Below are positions 34,540-36,931 of a stretch of DNA of 36,931 nucleotides, piece after piece. Numbering within the stretch: the stretch's first letter is position 1; each line of letters starts with the position of its first letter. The stretch comes from a virus (lineage: Duplodnaviria > Caudoviricetes), in IMG/VR virus record IMGVR_UViG_3300016666_000042, positions 1 to 36,931 of that record. The stretch is one strand, 5' to 3'. The notes under the pieces are model-generated. The model did no database searches, was not told the origin of the DNA, and saw nothing but the letters and a program-made list of their open reading frames with translations. The translations under genes were made by a program, and so were the position numbers.

Positions 34540-36467
34540 TGGCTGATGAGTTTAAATATAAAGTCACATTGCCTGGATACGATACGCCATTTATCGTAAA
34601 GTCTCCATCAGAGTTATCTCAGCAACAGGCTTATGAATATGCCAGAAAACAGGCAGATGCAACTACGTCTGTGCAGCCTGCTCCTGATGTATCACTTGCA
34701 TCTGGTCTTACTCAAAAAGTAGTACAAGGCACTACATTTGGATTTGCTGATGAATTAGCTGGTCTTATTGGATCAGGCAAAACAAGTGGCCCTGAATATG
34801 AAATGGCTCGAAATATTGCTCGTCAAAGAGGGCAAGTATTTGGCTTAGATTATCCTATTTCATCTGGTACTGCTGAATTAACAGGTTCTTTAGCTGCTCC
34901 TTTAGGTATGTTTAAAATGCTTCCTAAGAGCGCACAAGCTGTATTAAGCCCAGCAACATTGCCAAAACAAATTGGCGTAGGAGCATTGACTTCTGGTGCT
35001 GCTGGTGCAATTTCTGGAGCTGGTGAAGCTCCTACAATGCAAGATATTCCAGAATATGCTGGTCTTACTGGTGCTGTTAGTACAGTTACTGGTGCTGGTG
35101 CGCCTATAGTTATTCGTGGTGCTGGCACTTTAATTCGTAACACGCTTAATTCCTTTGGTTTTGGCGATACTGAGAAAATATCTAATCGTATGCTTGCTGA
35201 AGCATTGCGAAAAGATAATATGACTCCAAAAGAAGCAGAACAAGTAATGAATGAACTTAGGAGCATTGGCGTTCCTAATGTTGCGCTTGCTGATATTGGT
35301 CAAAATCTAAAGGATTTGGCTTATCGAGCTTATGTTGTTCCATCTACAGCAAAAGGCACAACTAAAGACTTTTTATCTAGCCGTTTAATTGACCAACCAA
35401 ATGATATTGTTAAAGGAATTGCAAGCAAAGCAAGCCTTAATCCTAATGTCAATGGTTATGAATATTTAACATCATTGGCTGATAGTCAGCGTTTGGCTGC
35501 TCGTGCTGCTTATCCACAAGCGTATAGTAAAGATATATCTGCTGTTCCATTTAGAAAGTACGTTGATAGAGATTTGTTTCAAAAAGCATATCAAGAAGCA
35601 CAAAAACGTGCTGATGTATATGGCGAAAGATTGCCTGATATTCAGACAATAAAAACAGCGCAATTTGTTCCTACTGATGTTTTGCATCAAATAAAAATTG
35701 GATTAGATAGGGTTGTTGAAGGTGAGACAGACAAAGTAACTGGTAAAGTTACCGGATTTGGCCGTGATGTAACTGCTGTTAGAAAAGAATTTAACGATCA
35801 AATAAAAGCATTAAATACTGATTATAGAAAAGCAAATGCGGAATTTGCTGATTTTCAGGATATTAATTCTGCATTTCAAACAGGTCAAAAATATCAAAAA
35901 CTTGATCCAGCAGAGGCATTAGACAAGTTAAAAGGCTTTAATTCTGCTGAGAAAGAGGCTTTCCGTCTTGGAATGATGGCAGATATTAATAATCGTGCAT
36001 CAAATTTCAAGGGCGGTGATTTTACTCGTCAAGTATTTGTTAGCGACAAACAAAAATCATTGTTGCGTTATGCTTTTGATGATCCGGCAAAATATAATGA
36101 ATTTGTTAAGTATATAGATGGTTTAAAACAGCAGACACAAACAGCAAAACGCATTGTTGGAACAGTTCCTACTGCTGAAAATCTTGCAACTATTGGTGGA
36201 GAAGAGGCAGCAGATATGCTTACTAGAGCCGCTACTGGTGGAAAAACTGCTCTTATTGGTGATTTACTGCGACAAATTGCTCCAAGGGCAAAAGGTATTA
36301 GCGAGGAATCATCTGCGGCATTACAGAAAAAGTTATTTTCTGTTGATCCAGTTGAGCAACAAGCAATATTAAAAGAATTGCAAAAACGTATGCAAGCACA
36401 AAGAAATTTAACATTGCCACTAGGTGTTTCTGTTGGCGATATAACAGGCTTACTTGGAAATCAGTAA
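34539..36467 (+). CDS. Large internal virion/DNA ejection protein (putative)
   Basis: QGTTFGFADEL motif, G/A-rich membrane-like segment, helical C-terminus. Confidence 0.75.
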   Translation: MADEFKYKVTLPGYDTPFIVKSPSELSQQQAYEYARKQADATTSVQPAPDVSLASGLTQKVVQGTTFGFADELAGLIGSGKTSGPEYEMARNIARQRGQVFGLDYPISSGTAELTGSLAAPLGMFKMLPKSAQAVLSPATLPKQIGVGALTSGAAGAISGAGEAPTMQDIPEYAGLTGAVSTVTGAGAPIVIRGAGTLIRNTLNSFGFGDTEKISNRMLAEALRKDNMTPKEAEQVMNELRSIGVPNVALADIGQNLKDLAYRAYVVPSTAKGTTKDFLSSRLIDQPNDIVKGIASKASLNPNVNGYEYLTSLADSQRLAARAAYPQAYSKDISAVPFRKYVDRDLFQKAYQEAQKRADVYGERLPDIQTIKTAQFVPTDVLHQIKIGLDRVVEGETDKVTGKVTGFGRDVTAVRKEFNDQIKALNTDYRKANAEFADFQDINSAFQTGQKYQKLDPAEALDKLKGFNSAEKEAFRLGMMADINNRASNFKGGDFTRQVFVSDKQKSLLRYAFDDPAKYNEFVKYIDGLKQQTQTAKRIVGTVPTAENLATIGGEEAADMLTRAATGGKTALIGDLLRQIAPRAKGISEESSAALQKKLFSVDPVEQQAILKELQKRMQAQRNLTLPLGVSVGDITGLLGNQ

Positions 36468-36476
36468 GGATTAATT

Positions 36477-36931
36477 ATGCCAAAGACTAAAATCAGTGAA
36501 TTTGATACAAATCCAGCAAATAATACCGATATTAACGGTATTAACATCGCTGAAGGCTGTGCTCCTAGTGGCATTAATAATGCTATTCGACAGCTTATGT
36601 CGGATCTTAAAGAGCAGCAGACAGGAGCTAGTGGAGACAGTTTTACAGTAGGTGGTAATCTTGCTGTAACTGGAACTTCAGCATTTACTGGCAATGTATC
36701 ATTAAGTGGAAGTACAAATACGCTAGGTTCTGTTGTAATTACTGGTGGATCTGTTACTGGCATTACTGACTTAGCTATTGCTGATGGCGGTACTGGCGCA
36801 TCTACTGCTGCAAATGCTCGCACAAATCTTGGTCTTGTTATCGGCACTGACATTGCAGGTATAAATACTGTTCAGACATTTACAAAAGGTCAAATTGGTG
36901 AAATTACCGCCTTGACTGATGGCGCAACAAT
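36477..36931 (+). CDS. Tail fibre protein, N-terminal part (continues through junction to 299; 243 aa total; not in ORF track)
   Basis: AAGGA RBS; MPKTKISEFDTNPANNTDINGINIAEGCAPSGINNAIRQLM...DLAIADGGTGASTAANARTNLGL; open to the end of the window. Confidence 0.88.
   Translation, partial: MPKTKISEFDTNPANNTDINGINIAEGCAPSGINNAIRQLMSDLKEQQTGASGDSFTVGGNLAVTGTSAFTGNVSLSGSTNTLGSVVITGGSVTGITDLAIADGGTGASTAANARTNLGLVIGTDIAGINTVQTFTKGQIGEITALTDGAT
36910..36931. repeat. Terminal direct repeat, copy 2 (circular assembly overlap)
   Basis: Identical to 1-22. Confidence 0.95.

Noticed and set aside
36461-36853. 130-aa minus-strand ORF in the track
   Set aside because: Antisense shadow of the plus-strand tail fibre gene, which has an RBS and recognisable motifs.
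36910-36931. 22-bp repeat as a biological terminal repeat or att site
   Set aside because: It falls mid-gene and has k-mer-like length, so an assembly overlap is more likely; no integrase is present.

Overview
Apparently complete, circularly assembled genome of a tailed dsDNA phage: bases 1-22 are repeated at 36910-36931, so the unit length is about 36,909 bp. The morphogenesis module is podovirus/P22-like: terminase, portal, scaffold, major capsid, adaptor, nozzle, ejection proteins, tail fibres and no tape measure. It is followed by a holin-lysozyme cassette, a short leftward early operon (micro-ORFs, ERF recombinase, SSB-like protein, HTH proteins) and a rightward operon (O-like replication initiator with internal iterons, DnaB-like helicase, nucleases). 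An accessory block encodes a SAM methyltransferase, a GT2-like glycosyltransferase, an ADP-ribosyltransferase-fold protein and a ParB-DNA methyltransferase. I found no integrase, clear CI repressor, tRNA, CRISPR array or reverse transcriptase. A freshwater betaproteobacterial host is my inference from gene content only. The most striking signal is non-coding: two tandem structured RNA elements in the leftward transcript (7101-7257, minus strand). The exposed loop of one is tiled by two adjacent 9-mers, each perfectly complementary to the ribosome-binding site of a different gene of the same operon (8899-8907 and 8491-8499). A third structured element precedes the replication initiator. Together they suggest a scaffold-plus-guide antisense RNA system. 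All protein family names are from motif recognition, not database searches.
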